A model generated the notes under the pieces. The model was not told the DNA's origin. It saw nothing but the letters and a program-made list of their open reading frames with translations, and did not search any database. Made by a program: the position numbers and the translations under genes. A stretch of 62,941 nucleotides of DNA, counting the filler, from Hyphochytrium catenoides (taxonomy: Eukaryota > Protista > Hyphochytriomycota): NCBI GenBank assembly GCA_900088475.1. It is 13 parts of 13 records of this genome, joined end to end, with 100 filler letters (N's around TTAATTAATTAA, not from the genome) between each part and the next. Parts side by side here need not be neighbours in the genome. Positions count along the whole stretch, not along the records: positions 34,819 to 43,632 come from FLMG01003052.1; positions 43,733 to 46,157 come from FLMG01002303.1; positions 46,258 to 49,943 come from FLMG01004009.1; 10 more parts are not named here. One strand, given 5' to 3'. This document shows positions 36,863 to 48,082 of this stretch, piece by piece; the stretch's first letter is position 1, and each line of letters opens with the position of its first letter.

Positions 36863-38700
36863 AAGAAGAAGAGGAAGAAGGAGGAAGAAGGAGGAAGAAA
36901 GAAGAGAAAAGAAGGAAGAAGAAGGAGAGGAAGAAGAAAAGAAACAAGAAAAGCTACAATTCCTTGGTCTCATCCTCCCCAACCTGATCTCTTCTCCGCT
37001 CATCATCAGTAAAGGAAGAATCATAACTGATATCTTCAGAGGTAATAAGGGGGAGAAGCAGGAGGAGGAGGTGAACCATCGACCACAATGTCATCATCGT
37101 CAACTTCAAACGCCGCGAGGCAAGCAAGAGAAGGGTCCAACTGCTCAAGAAGAATAAGCTTCAAGATCTGTAGCTCATTTTCCTCATGAATCGCCATAGA
37201 GACTCTCGTGTGAAGGCGTAAAACCATGGCCAAACGGGACCATTGACCAAGATGCCGAGAAGCATCAAGAGCAGAGCGGTCACATTGAAGCTGCACCAGA
37301 TGTGTAACACAATCAACCACGCCCAGCATAGCTCCCCCAAAGGACTCCCAAACCAATGGAACAAATTGCAGCCCTACAACCCGGCAAGGTGCCTCATACT
37401 TCTTCGACTTCGCCTTTTAAGACAAATGACCTTGATACCCTGCGTGGACTGCTGCATAAGGAAGGGTTCTAGATTGCAGCGAGTCCGTGACAGACACATC
37501 AAAGGCCGTATGCTGAGACGAGACGGAGAAGCCACGAACCAACAAATCTCCCGATTTCAGACTTGACCCCGCGAGGAGGTGACGGGGTTCGCGAAAGACT
37601 TTGAGGCCAGAGTCCCGAAAAGCATGAAAGAGAATATCCTGAACTCGACAATGACGCTGACTAGCTCCACCACCACGGCGACCGATACTACCGTGATCTC
37701 CAAAAACATCCATAGGACACGAACAGGTCTGGCAAGAGACGGGCACAGAAGAACGGACAAGAGGAATCCCAAGGAATCGCCACAACATCACCCGGAACAC
37801 CAAGGGGGACGAAACCTTTAACTGCAGGCAGGGAATGGGAGCAGCCCGAAGGAAAGCCCTCGCATAAGGGAGAGAAGTAGCCCGGAAGAAGCGAGCCTTC
37901 CACCGCAAGTCCAGGTCAGGGGAAGACATCAAGGCCTTGGCAGACGCTGACCAAACCAACCGTGACAAATAGTGCTGTAGCTTAGCCTCCTCTCGAGAGA
38001 TTAAGCGAGAATAGGGCACACGTAGTACTTTCTCGTCCTGGATCTCGAAAGCATGCCAAAAGGCGTCGAGCAACTCATCGGCTAACGGAGATCAGTAAGC
38101 CTCGACTTCGTCCGGCATACGCAGGAGTTGTTTGATCAACTTGGCCGAGGCACCAACAGAACCAAGGTTCGCCGGAATCGCTAATAAACAAGCGGCAGAC
38201 GCAAGGCCAAGAGGGCCCCCCACCAGGCGAACAGGGAGGATAGCTTGTTGCCAAACCGGGTTCGAAGGGAGACCCAATAATCGAGCAAGGATGCCACGTA
38301 GACGGAGACCGAAGTGTGAACTCAGAGAATCCAGTTGGAAAGGAGGAAAACCACGTAGCAGATGATTAATCTTGGCAAACCCAAGGCAACCTCGAAAGAG
38401 ACAAAGCTGGATCTGAGGCGAGAACACAAGACTGAGCTTTGCATCTACCTCATCTAATCGACCGAGGACAGAAGACGCATAAGAGGAGACAACGAGGCAG
38501 AACCAATGGTTACACCTAACAGCCCCAGACCATCCACTCTCACCAGACGAGAGACTGCCGCAGGGAAAGCCGGAAGACGCGCAAGGTCCATACGGCCACG
38601 AAAGCTCACATTTGCCAAGGTGGTTGAGCTCCAAGCCAATGTGTGGGCCGCGGTCCTGAAGGATGGCCAGGGCCGCAGCGACATCGTCTACGGAGCCAAT
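36863..38700 (-). mobile_element. 5'-truncated CRE-like non-LTR retrotransposon (end of RT + CCHC + restriction-like endonuclease, (TTC)n-rich tail)
   Basis: IGSVDDV..GPHIGLELNHLGKCEL and GLGLLGVTIG (RT 3' blocks); QIQLCLFRGCLGFAKINHLLRGFPP; QAILPVRLVGGPLGL; CQTCSCPMDVFGDH..GGGASQRHCRVQDIL..E..GDLLV..FDVSV (zinc knuckle + REL); ESFGG..RVSMAIHEEN. Several frameshifts and stops. Confidence 0.85.
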
Positions 38701-39029
38701 TTTTTTTATAATGAAAATGAAAGTGAGAGGAAGACATTGGAGCCTTGACCACGGTACAAGCTGAGTCTGCCCGCATTCTAGCCGCATTATTACACCACTG
38801 CCGCGATTTAGAGGCCCCTTCTTCACCATTTACTTGTTTCTTTCAGCTTCGTTCCACAGTTAATGTCATCATGTCAAGAGCAGAAGGATGTATAGTCCTC
38901 GGGTTGGAGGATCAGCTGCCGCTTGACGTTACTAGTCTTGAAGCATTGCTTACAGCCTGGCTGGATCAAAGGAAGGAGGCTCTTCTTGGCCTAGGCGCAC
39001 AAGATCTTAATGCTACCTTGCCTGTCCGT

Positions 39030-39370
39030 TCATTAAATGAAGAGAATGCGATTCAGATTCTGAAGCGTATTTCTGTTCAGCAGTTGGACCCCGCTCTAGC
39101 TTGCCTGATTGAGTGCGATGACGATGATGGTCTCGGCGCCACGCCCCTTTCTTCCTCTCCTCCTCCGTCTCCTATCATTATCGCGGGAGAGTTCAACTAT
39201 GAATCTTCTTCCTTTTCCGACAATGGTGGCGCGGGTGGTGGAGGAGAACGCGTTGTTGAGCCCAGGGCTCTGTAGCTCTCGTCTCTTCTTCTTCTCCTCT
39301 TCTACTCCTGTGTCGTCTTCTTCTTCCTCTTCTTCTTCTTATACTTCTTCTTAGTTATAGTAGTAATAAA
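39030..39370 (+). mobile_element. Second, diverged 3'-end fragment of the same CRE-like family
   Basis: SLNEENAIQILKRISVQQLDPALACL..DDDD..SPPP aligns with AIHEENELQILKLILLEQLDPSLACL..DDDD..SPPP at 37200-37036 (-); followed by a (TTC)n-rich tail and AATAAA. Confidence 0.75.
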
Positions 39371-39945
39371 GTAGTAGTGACGCCTCGCTCCTACCCTCAA
39401 AGAGTTTCTTGACAATCGTTTTTGTGCGGCTGCTTGCATTCCGCCGCTTAGCAACGGCTCTCCGCTCTTACCGTGATGCCAGTCAGAACTTTTGCTACCT
39501 CTTGCTAGCCTGAATGACCCCAACAAGCTGACTGCACTATTTTGAGCAAACAACCTGCCTTGTTGGTCACAGAAGAGTGTTGTGTCAGTAAGCGCCGATG
39601 AGACCATCTCCCGATTTGACCGTTTTACTGCCGTTTACGGGGTCAATAAAGACTGCCTCTGACGCTGTCTCTGCATTGTCTGCTGGGGCTGTCCCATAGC
39701 CGTAGCTCCTTGATCCCAAGAAGGACGAACGGGTGTGTCTCTTCTGCCCCCATGAAACATTACTCTGACCTTCGTAGCAGTAGAGAGAGTAAATTATATA
39801 GTAGAGGCCACGCCTGTAAGAGACGACAGGTGCACGCGTATGTCTTGTAGGAGGATAGCCGCCTAGCAGAGATGGGCAAACCACTAATAATGCTCATAGT
39901 GCCAAAGTTAGATGATGTAGCTAATGACAGCGTCAGAAGTTTTGA

Positions 39946-40330
39946 CTTAGAATCTGACTGTGTTGACTATTCTACGGCACTGCACAGGTCTACTCAGCTG
40001 TGCCTGACTGTTCTACGGCAGCGCATAGGTCTAGTCAGCTATGCTTCTTCTATCCATTGCCGCTGTGTCTAGATTCTGAGCAGTCGGCAGAGGCTGACGC
40101 TGACCGAGGAAATCTGAAAGTGACAGAGGAAGTCAGCCCCATCCTACAACCTTGCCAGGAAAATCTTATAGTCCTCCCTGGATATTCCACCCTTAGAATC
40201 TGACTGTGTTGACTATTCTACGGCACTGCACAGGTCTACTCAGCTGTGCCTCCCCTATCCGTTGCTTGCTGTTTTTGGATTGTGAGCAGGCAACAGAGGC
40301 TGATACTGACCGAGCAAAACTGAGAACTCC
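39946..40330. repeat. Direct duplication (246-bp offset) with a nested 41-bp tandem duplication
   Basis: CTTAGAATCTGACTGTGTTGACTATTCTACGGCACTGCACAGGTCTACTCAGCTGTGCCT is identical at 39946 and 40192; the 41-mer at 39965-40005 is repeated with 7 mismatches at 40006-40046. Confidence 0.9.
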
Positions 40331-40899
40331 ATTCTTTAACCGGCTAATAAGGAAAACCCCAACTCGTCTTGATCTCCGGGTACTCTACTCTGCGATAACA
40401 GAGGGCTAGTTAGTCTAGCGCAGAAGGCGCGTATTGGGAGCTCAGGAGGAGGAAGACAATTATTGACGTTGTTGCTGAGAGACCACCACTATAACGTGGT
40501 GGCGGTCTCATCCAAAGATATCAACTTTAGGGACGGCGTATTGGCTAAGCCCCCAACAACTTCTTGCTTAGCCACCGGTTAGGCTGCAGCACACAGGCAG
40601 CTGAAATGCCACAAACAGTGACCAATAAATAATTCAAGGCCCTGACAGGTAATAAAGTCAAAACCTTGTCAAAACTTAATGCAATATTTGGCTGGGCTGA
40701 TAGGCCTCACCTTGACTTGTTGCCCAGCAGGGAAACGAAAGCAGATGTCCATTTCTGTTTTTTCTGGGGAGGAAAGGATCACCGGTTCGCTTCCAAAAAG
40801 CAAAAGATCCAACCCTCAACCGGTGTCTCCGGATGCCTTCTTTCTGGACCCAGAAGAGACTGGGAACAAGGCTAAAGATCGAAAAAGAGAAGGATAAGC

Positions 40900-41300
40900 A
40901 GCAAGAGAAGAGCATTCTCCCGAGCACCAAAGGATCAACCTACCTGTCCAATTTTACCTCTATAGGGCCAGTCTCAGCAATGCCTCTAATTTCTGCCGCT
41001 TCACCCTACACCTACCTCACTAATCGTCATCTTCCTTGACCTCCATAACGCCGTGCTTACAAAGCTCCCTGCATGACCTGCAGACAGGGCTGAGGCCGAG
41101 TCTTGGAAGATGGGCATGTACACTGACAAAGAAATTCAGGTTCGCCAGGTAGACCCCAGCAAATCAAAGTCCTGGATGTTCAACCTCTACCTAAACCCTA
41201 AAGCGGCCCATAAGAAGCTGCAAGAACGCTTGAATCGCCGTAGAGGACACTTTGGGAAGAAAGTACGCCTTTATGTTATATAGACAAGGGCCAAAGTTGA
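40900..41300 (+). mobile_element. Degenerate LINE reverse-transcriptase remnant
   Basis: Collinear but internally deleted RT motifs: KGSTYLSNFTSIGPVS (cf. KG..NYRPIS), LIVIFLDLHNA (cf. FLDxxKAFD), VRQVDPS..WMFNLYLNP (cf. GVRQGDPLSPxLFN), LCYIDK (cf. YADD). Confidence 0.65.
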
Positions 41301-44300
41301 GCTATTTGGCGAGCACTCACAAGGCTCAGAACCTCACAAGGCTAAAAAAGGGGTACATTGCAGTCCAGAAGCGTGCAAGGTGAGGCTGGGAACGGGAACT
41401 GGCTGCTGCCATCTATAACACTATAATAGAGGATGACCAAGATATTATTGGGAGTTGGGAGCAGCTTTCAAAGGGGTGAAGCCCCAGCGAAGGTTGCAAT
41501 GGGATAACAATAGTACTAAAACTAATACTCAGAGAGCACCAGCAGCTAGCACTCTCTCTCCGGCACACCACCATATCAATTTTTGAATTGTCGGCAACTC
41601 TTGCGTCCCAGCGTAACGTACTCTTCATCCCGAGCCTACTTTTCCCTTTATTGATGCTAATGATAGCGAGTACTACTATTCTTTCTAATACTGATATGAA
41701 CTAAACAACTACTACTCAGCAGAAGATAGCAGAGGAAGCAAGAGCTACAAACTCTGATAGCTGTTCTGATTCCAGTTTGTTATACTTGCCGTGTGAGTAA
41801 AGCCTTTGTCACATGTGGTCTGCACTATCTGTACATGGTTTGCTGTAGGTATACGTTTGTTGTGTCTCCGTCTAGACTACGTCTCCCACCAGTACATCTG
41901 GTGGACTCATCCCATTATCAGTGCAAGATAGGTCCTCCTCAGAGTGCTCCGTCGCTGCTTCCGATGACTTTCCCGGTCCCCTAGAAAAAGGCGAAGTGTG
42001 GCCCCTGATGAGCAATCTCTGACCTCACTAGACAAAATAAACATGGAAGACCCGTATGTCTCAACAATCAGGACTCCACTGGACAAGACTTGAAGTTATT
42101 ATATATGTACTGGACAGCACTGTAATATCAAACGTTTCGTTTGATGACGTGCTATAGCACTTGTAAGGTCAATCTCAGGTCCTGCAGAACTACTACTACC
42201 GTTTCTCTCGCTGTAATCTTAGAGTAGATCTAGAACTACTTTTATTTACCACTTTTAGAAAGCTCTTACTACTAGAAAGCATTAAAGAGCACTACTACAC
42301 TATTTTATTCCTTTCGTTTCCACATCTTCTGATACTCGTAATGAGATTGGCTCAACTAGTAAGGTTATTGGTTAGAACTAGATAGCGCAGTGTGGGTGTT
42401 CCCTCTACTCAACCCATGCTGGTATTTACTCAGCATAGCCGCTGCGCAACTCGTCCTATCGGTAGTACTACCATGGATTGTCCGGTCCTGGTAAAGAAAG
42501 CAAAGCTTTCGTCGCGAGCCTATGGTCAATCTGAGAAGGAGACTTTATAGATTGGGCATCAATAAACAGACGACGAAGGCATGGTCAAATAGTTCTACAG
42601 AAGTTCGACTGGTTTTAGGTTATTTATGTTTACTTGAGTAGTTGTTTAGTGAGACGAGACGGCATGGTCTAAAGAATAAAGAGGTATCAGAGGTTTATTA
42701 GCATTCTACGGCCGTCAATAGTGTCAGCCTGAGACCGTGGGACCGTGGGACCGCTTGATATTTAGAATACCAGAGGAGCACCACTTACTTATCTATCAGA
42801 GGACCTACAGTATACAGAGTAGACTTATAATTTATATAGTTCCTACTCATTGCATCTGATGACCTGATGACATCTGCAAAAAGACTACTGTATCCTCTCC
42901 TACCGTAGCACTACTAGTACTAGCTAGCGATTACACCCACCGCACGTTTCCTAGACTTATTTAGCATCAGAAAGTAAGATCAATAATATCTTCTGCTTGT
43001 ACTGCAGGAAACATAGGGTAAAGGAGACGTAAGGGGCATCGGAGAAGCAGTAGAACTAAAGAGTCGCAATGCGACAGCGAGAGCAAGGCGGACTCTGAAC
43101 CCCATTTCCATCTATTAAAAATATTAGATCCCGTGGGAAGTCCTTTAACTCTGCGTTAGCTACTAGTTCTACCTCAGAGGAAAAAAGAATATCAGACTGC
43201 AAGGTGGTTTGGGGCTGCGAAAGAGGCTGAAGGGAACAAACGCAAAGCCTAGCCGGGGTTAGCTCGACCTTGAACGATTCTGTTGGGCTTAGAAGACGGT
43301 AGTTCTTCACGGGCTTATTAGAAGACGGTGGTTCTTATGAGCAAAGCCGAGATCGGAAATAATCCTATTCTTGAGGGGGGAGATTCAGAGATAACTACTG
43401 TACGAGTACTTCCTCACAATCTCTCTCAGCTAAAGCCTCCTCTTCTTTGGCATTTGATAGATAGGAAAAGAGCACCAGATGCACTCACTTATGACCTTTC
43501 ATTAACCATATTCCTTCTTACGGTGCAAGCAGCGCATCTAGCGACAGGCACAAGTGCAACCGCCACAGGGCGGAAAGGCTCTTCCACCGATAGTGCCTTG
43601 TGGGCTATCAGTCCAGCAAACATGAAACTCTANNNNNNNNNNNNNNNNNNNNNNNNNNNNNNNNNNNNNNNNNNNNTTAATTAATTAANNNNNNNNNNNN
43701 NNNNNNNNNNNNNNNNNNNNNNNNNNNNNNNNCTCGCAGAATAACATGATACAACTATGACGCTACTCTCAAACCCACTCTTGGTTGGTTCGAAAGTCAA
43801 GGACGTTCCCCCTACAATTTTTGTCTGGAGCCTTGGATGCGACGGGCTTAGCGCCACTGCAGAAGCGTTTCTTGTCTATGCTGGGCCGCTTGCTGCCACC
43901 TACATAGCGCAACAGGACTCATAACCCTGCAAAACAGTAGAGCAGAGGCGAGGCAAGAGAAAAGGTTGAAGAGAGACATAGAAAAGACGGAAATAAGGAG
44001 TGAGAGAATGAACGCAAGATGGAAAAAGAAAGAGAGAAGACTGAAGAGAAATGGAGAGAGAGGACAATGAAAAGAGAGTAGTGTGTTTATTATTAGCCTA
44101 TATTGAGACAGAGGGAGAGAAAGAGAACAGTCTAAGAAGTCAGCGAGCTGTAGTTCTACATCGCTAGAAATTTTCTTTGAAAATGTAAGACTACACTTCT
44201 CTTGCGTTGACATAAGACTAATGAAGAGGAACATCCGACCAACCTAACCTTGTCCCAATGTCACTTTCCATTAGCTCTTGATGGCGAAGAGTAGAGCAAA

Positions 44301-44564
44301 TAAAATATGAACAGAAAGTTTGGCATGCCCTGGTAGTGCTGCTAGGAAAGGTCGCTGCCTGAATTTGTCGCCTACTTTCCTAGGAGAGAGTGAGCTCATT
44401 CAAGATCAACCCACGTTCTCTCTTTGGAAAAAGAGGATAGGAAGGCACTTCTGTCGCGCCCGGGACAGGATGGGAAATGGCAAGATGTTTTCCTTTGCAC
44501 ATTCTACGGAAGAAAGGTAAATCCAAGCAGTTCTAATAGTAGTAAGCACGGGATTGTCTTCCTT

Positions 44565-44621
44565 GTCTTGGAGTCATCGGCACTACCTCTGGTCTTGGAG
44601 TCATAGGCACTACCTCTGGTC
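44565..44621. repeat. 27-bp tandem duplication
   Basis: GTCTTGGAGTCAT(C/A)GGCACTACCTCTG twice, followed shortly by a (TAG)n run. Confidence 0.9.
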
Positions 44622-45255
44622 AAAACGGTAGTTAGTAGTAGTAGTAGTAGTAGAAAAGTGGTCAATAAACGGTAGTAGATCTACGTTTACAGGGGCCAAT
44701 AACGCCCTGACGGCGAGGCAGTCCGTATATTACACGTGCTGTCTAGGTGGAACGTCTAACGGTATGGTCAACTCTTCGAAGTCCAATGTGAGGTTAGCTT
44801 GACGAGGCCTTACTTAACCCTAGGGAAGGGTGGACTCCGGAGCTAGGGGAAAGTGGTACGACACATTGTTAATGGGTGACGACCTGATGGTAGGTGGGGC
44901 TGAAGGGGCCGGGCCTGGCAGTGGCTCCCCGACAAATTTGAACTCCCACGGTGGGGCTGTAACGTGCCCAGGGGCTAACATTATACCTTACTGTCCCGCT
45001 TCCTAACAGTGCCTCACATATATTGCACTTGGATTGTACAGCACAGTACTACATGTACTGTTATTATTATTGAGCCCGTCCGAGCCCATGCAGATCCCTG
45101 ATCTGCTGAGCTTTGATTCTTGAGCGGGAGAGGGCGACAGGCGACGATGTTGGGACGAGCAATACCTTCGACTTGTGTGCGAGTAGCTGCTCGTGAGCTA
45201 ATGAGCAAACACTGTGAGGTATCTCGTATCTCGGCTGACCGTCTATGCATGATAA

Positions 45256-45924
45256 TGTTCTGTCGGACTAAGCTACAGTGTGAAGTAACTTACCCCGACA
45301 GGCGACCTGTTGGTGGAAGTTAGTGCCATAGCCAGTACCAGTGTCGGACGAGGTGATGCATTGAAATGGCTTACCCCAATGAGTTTTGCCTGTTGACTCT
45401 AGAAGACGTGGTAGTACGTTCTCCCAATGTCGGTCTAAGTTTTTCCCATGAGGGAATCGCAAATTCTACATAAAAGCTTTTCTACAAAAATGAAAAGCAA
45501 CATTCTCAACGTTGAGATCGTTTAATTAAGGTTACCTCAATGTCGGGCGAACTTACTCCCTTGGCCATTGGCTTTACTTCCCCCAACTAGTGGTGGAATA
45601 CAGTAGCCCAATGTCGGTGTAAATGTATACCATGGATATCAAGGTAGGCTAGTTCCTCACGCAAGGGCCAAACTTACATTGATGTTGGAATAACGTCGAT
45701 CAACAAAATTGACCGGGAAGGATGGAAGGTGTGAATGGGTGGTACAAGGGGAGAAGACGTTCCTGCCAAAACGTATCCTTCCCTGGATGGGAGGTTGCAA
45801 GGACGGATGGGCTCACCCACCCATACTCCCGTTGGACCAAGATACTGAGAGCTGCTGCTGGTGGGTCTCTGAGTTAACGTGTTGGACTAAGTTAGCCCCA
45901 GTTATAGCTTAGTCCGACAGAACA
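45256..45924. mobile_element. 669-bp non-autonomous DNA transposon (MITE) with perfect 20-bp TIRs and TAA target-site duplication
   Basis: TGTTCTGTCGGACTAAGCTA (45256-45275) and its exact reverse complement (45905-45924); TAA directly flanks both ends (45253-45255, 45925-45927); no credible internal ORF. Confidence 0.8.
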
Positions 45925-45988
45925 TAATAACGGTAGTGATCAAATCTGACCGTTAGCAGTCCAGACGGTCTTCCTTTTGGTCCTCGGA

Positions 45989-46090
45989 AGCCGTTCAAGT
46001 GAGACAAATGCTGAATATGGGACCGGAGGCCGTCCGAATTCACAGCCGTTCAAGTGAGACAAATGCTGAATATGGGACCGGAGGCCGTCC
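45989..46090. repeat. Perfect 47-bp direct repeat, 55-bp period
   Basis: AGCCGTTCAAGTGAGACAAATGCTGAATATGGGACCGGAGGCCGTCC at 45989 and 46044, spacer GAATTCAC. Confidence 0.93.
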
Positions 46091-47516
46091 TCATCACAAA
46101 TTCGGACGGTAAGCGGGTCCTATGTTCACGACCAGAATGTGCAGTAGAAAGGAATCGNNNNNNNNNNNNNNNNNNNNNNNNNNNNNNNNNNNNNNNNNNN
46201 NTTAATTAATTAANNNNNNNNNNNNNNNNNNNNNNNNNNNNNNNNNNNNNNNNNNNNAGGCTCTCCACAGTGCGGACCTGTGACACATGGCTCCCAGTAG
46301 GCTGGAGGACGCGCCAAGGATTTAGACACAAGGGGAGACCTAAGCGGCTCTTCTTTTGAAAACACTATCTCTTATATCTATCTATCTCCTTCTCCATCGT
46401 CTCTATTGCGTTCGTTTGTGGGATGACTGAGAAGGATAGGGCTACTCTGTCTCGATAAACTCATCATAATTCATCTTATTAGTGCATAACATGATCAATA
46501 CCAATGCATTGATCTGCATCAAAGGAGTCCTCAGAGATCTGCCCAACGTCGTCTTTTCGGCGACTCTTTTCATCTTCTATTGTCATCCGCGGCACGACTG
46601 TTGTTCACACTATTGCACTGTCATGGTCCTGAAGTAGATTATTATTGCCACCAAGGCGGCCAGCCCTAGGCAGCAGTGAGTATGCTTCTCAAGTTGCCAT
46701 CTGGCTATGCGGTTCATAATCTTTGCCAGGAACCATTCGGTAACTCTACAGGCCATACCAAGCCGACAAAATGAACAAAATAACGACGAGCCTCGATGGG
46801 TCTTGCCCATCTTCTCTCTAGAACCATGGCAGAGGCATATCTCATCTCGAACCTTGCAGCGGAAATTCCTCGATGAGGAAAGTGTCTAGTATCCGATAAT
46901 AAGCAGCAACCAGGAGGAATCTATTCCGTGACGCAGGGCCAGCAGATGGTAGAAGGAATAAAGGGGCTTGCGTGCCTTGGCCTCTAGCTGCATCACGGTC
47001 TCATGGCGTGAACCTCCTCTTGTACTGAGGTGGCGGCTGAACAGAGAGACATAGGCTTGGGCAGAGGCAGGGCCTAGCTCTCATCTCAGTATCATTTGTC
47101 TGACTGAGCGCCATCTTCTCTTCCATCAGCAGCGGGCCGGTCATGAAACATGAAAGCAGTCAGTAGTGAATAGTGAAGAACTGCAAGAGCAAGTGATATC
47201 ATCAGGCGGGTGGGAGATATGATATGCCTTAGAGATATAGAGCGGGGCGGGTGGGTGTCTGTGTAGAAGAGAGGTTCTGATTCCTTGCCCACCTCATTCT
47301 TGCTGAATCTCCGAGTTCCTAGAGGGAGAGGAACTCTAGGATATTATTGGCCTGCTCTGTCTTCCTTCTCAGTCAGTCTCCTGGGCGCCTGGCGGCAATG
47401 GCATTGAAACTTCTTTGGCGCGTTTTTTGGAGCTCTGTCTTCTCAGCTGTTCCATGCATCTTCGCAAGGGCCTCATGGTGGGCCATCTTTGTCTGGATCC
47501 TCAGGTTTTTCATAGG

Positions 47517-47598
47517 TGGGGTTGCGGTGAGCGCACTGAGAGAGAGAGAGAGAGAGAGAGGTCGTGGGAGTTGGGATGAATGGGGTTGCGGTGAGCGC

Positions 47599-47630
<32 letters not shown>
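47517..47630. repeat. Short direct duplication ending in (GA)n
   Basis: GGGTTGCGGTGAGCGCACT(GA)n occurs twice, about 65 nt apart. Confidence 0.85.
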
Positions 47631-47634
<4 letters not shown>

Positions 47635-48064
47635 CAGTGTTGTGGAGGACCTTCACTCCCACGCTCTCACCACCATGCATTCTACTTTTCTGCTTAGTGT
47701 TCTTCTTAGCCCTATGCATGGAGTAGCATTTTTCAGCTCATCTTTCGGCTTCGCTCGAAGGACCAGTCGCAGGGACAATGGATTTTCATCATCTTCCATC
47801 TTGTTCCCTAAGGCTCTGTTTCTGAAGGGCTATAAGAACAATGGCGAACTTCATCTTTGCCTCATCACATCCTCTAGCATGCCCGCTAGCATCGTCCTGT
47901 CCTCCCAAATGTCCTTGGTCATCTCCTTTCCACAAAAGCAAATTATCCAGCTTCCGAAGAAGAGGTTCAGGCCCAACAAGTTAGACTAAGTCAGAGATAA
48001 TAAGCAGTGAGAAGGGTTGAGAGGTATCTCAGAGTAACATCTTGCGCCTTTGAGCTTGACCTTT

Positions 48065-48082
48065 GTCATTTCATTCTCCAAA
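48065..48082 (+). promoter_or_regulatory. Oomycete-type Inr-like motif abutting the hydrolase start codon
   Basis: GTCATTTCATTCTCCAAAATG resembles YCATTYYNCA; very close to the ATG, so it may be chance. Confidence 0.25.

Noticed and set aside
43056-43310. VWA-like strand DLIFLIDGNG
   Set aside because: Short isolated motif lacking the DxSxS signature, in decayed sequence.
43830-43930. In-frame TAG codons after an apparent splice acceptor, suggesting stop-codon reassignment
   Set aside because: SF1, MFAP1 and UBE2J all end at TAG at the expected positions; decay or a wrong frame explains these TAGs.
44565-46090. CRISPR-like array from the 27-bp and 47-bp repeats
   Set aside because: Only two copies each, with no or an 8-nt spacer, eukaryotic context and no cas genes.
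42000-46110. Hammerhead ribozyme candidates (CTGATGA near 42005 and 42857; GTGATGAG-stem on the minus strand near 46095)
   Set aside because: None has stem II followed by GAAA plus closing stems I and III.
46258-48000. Possible gene or TE remnant upstream of the hydrolase
   Set aside because: Frames are broken and I could not recognise any family motif.
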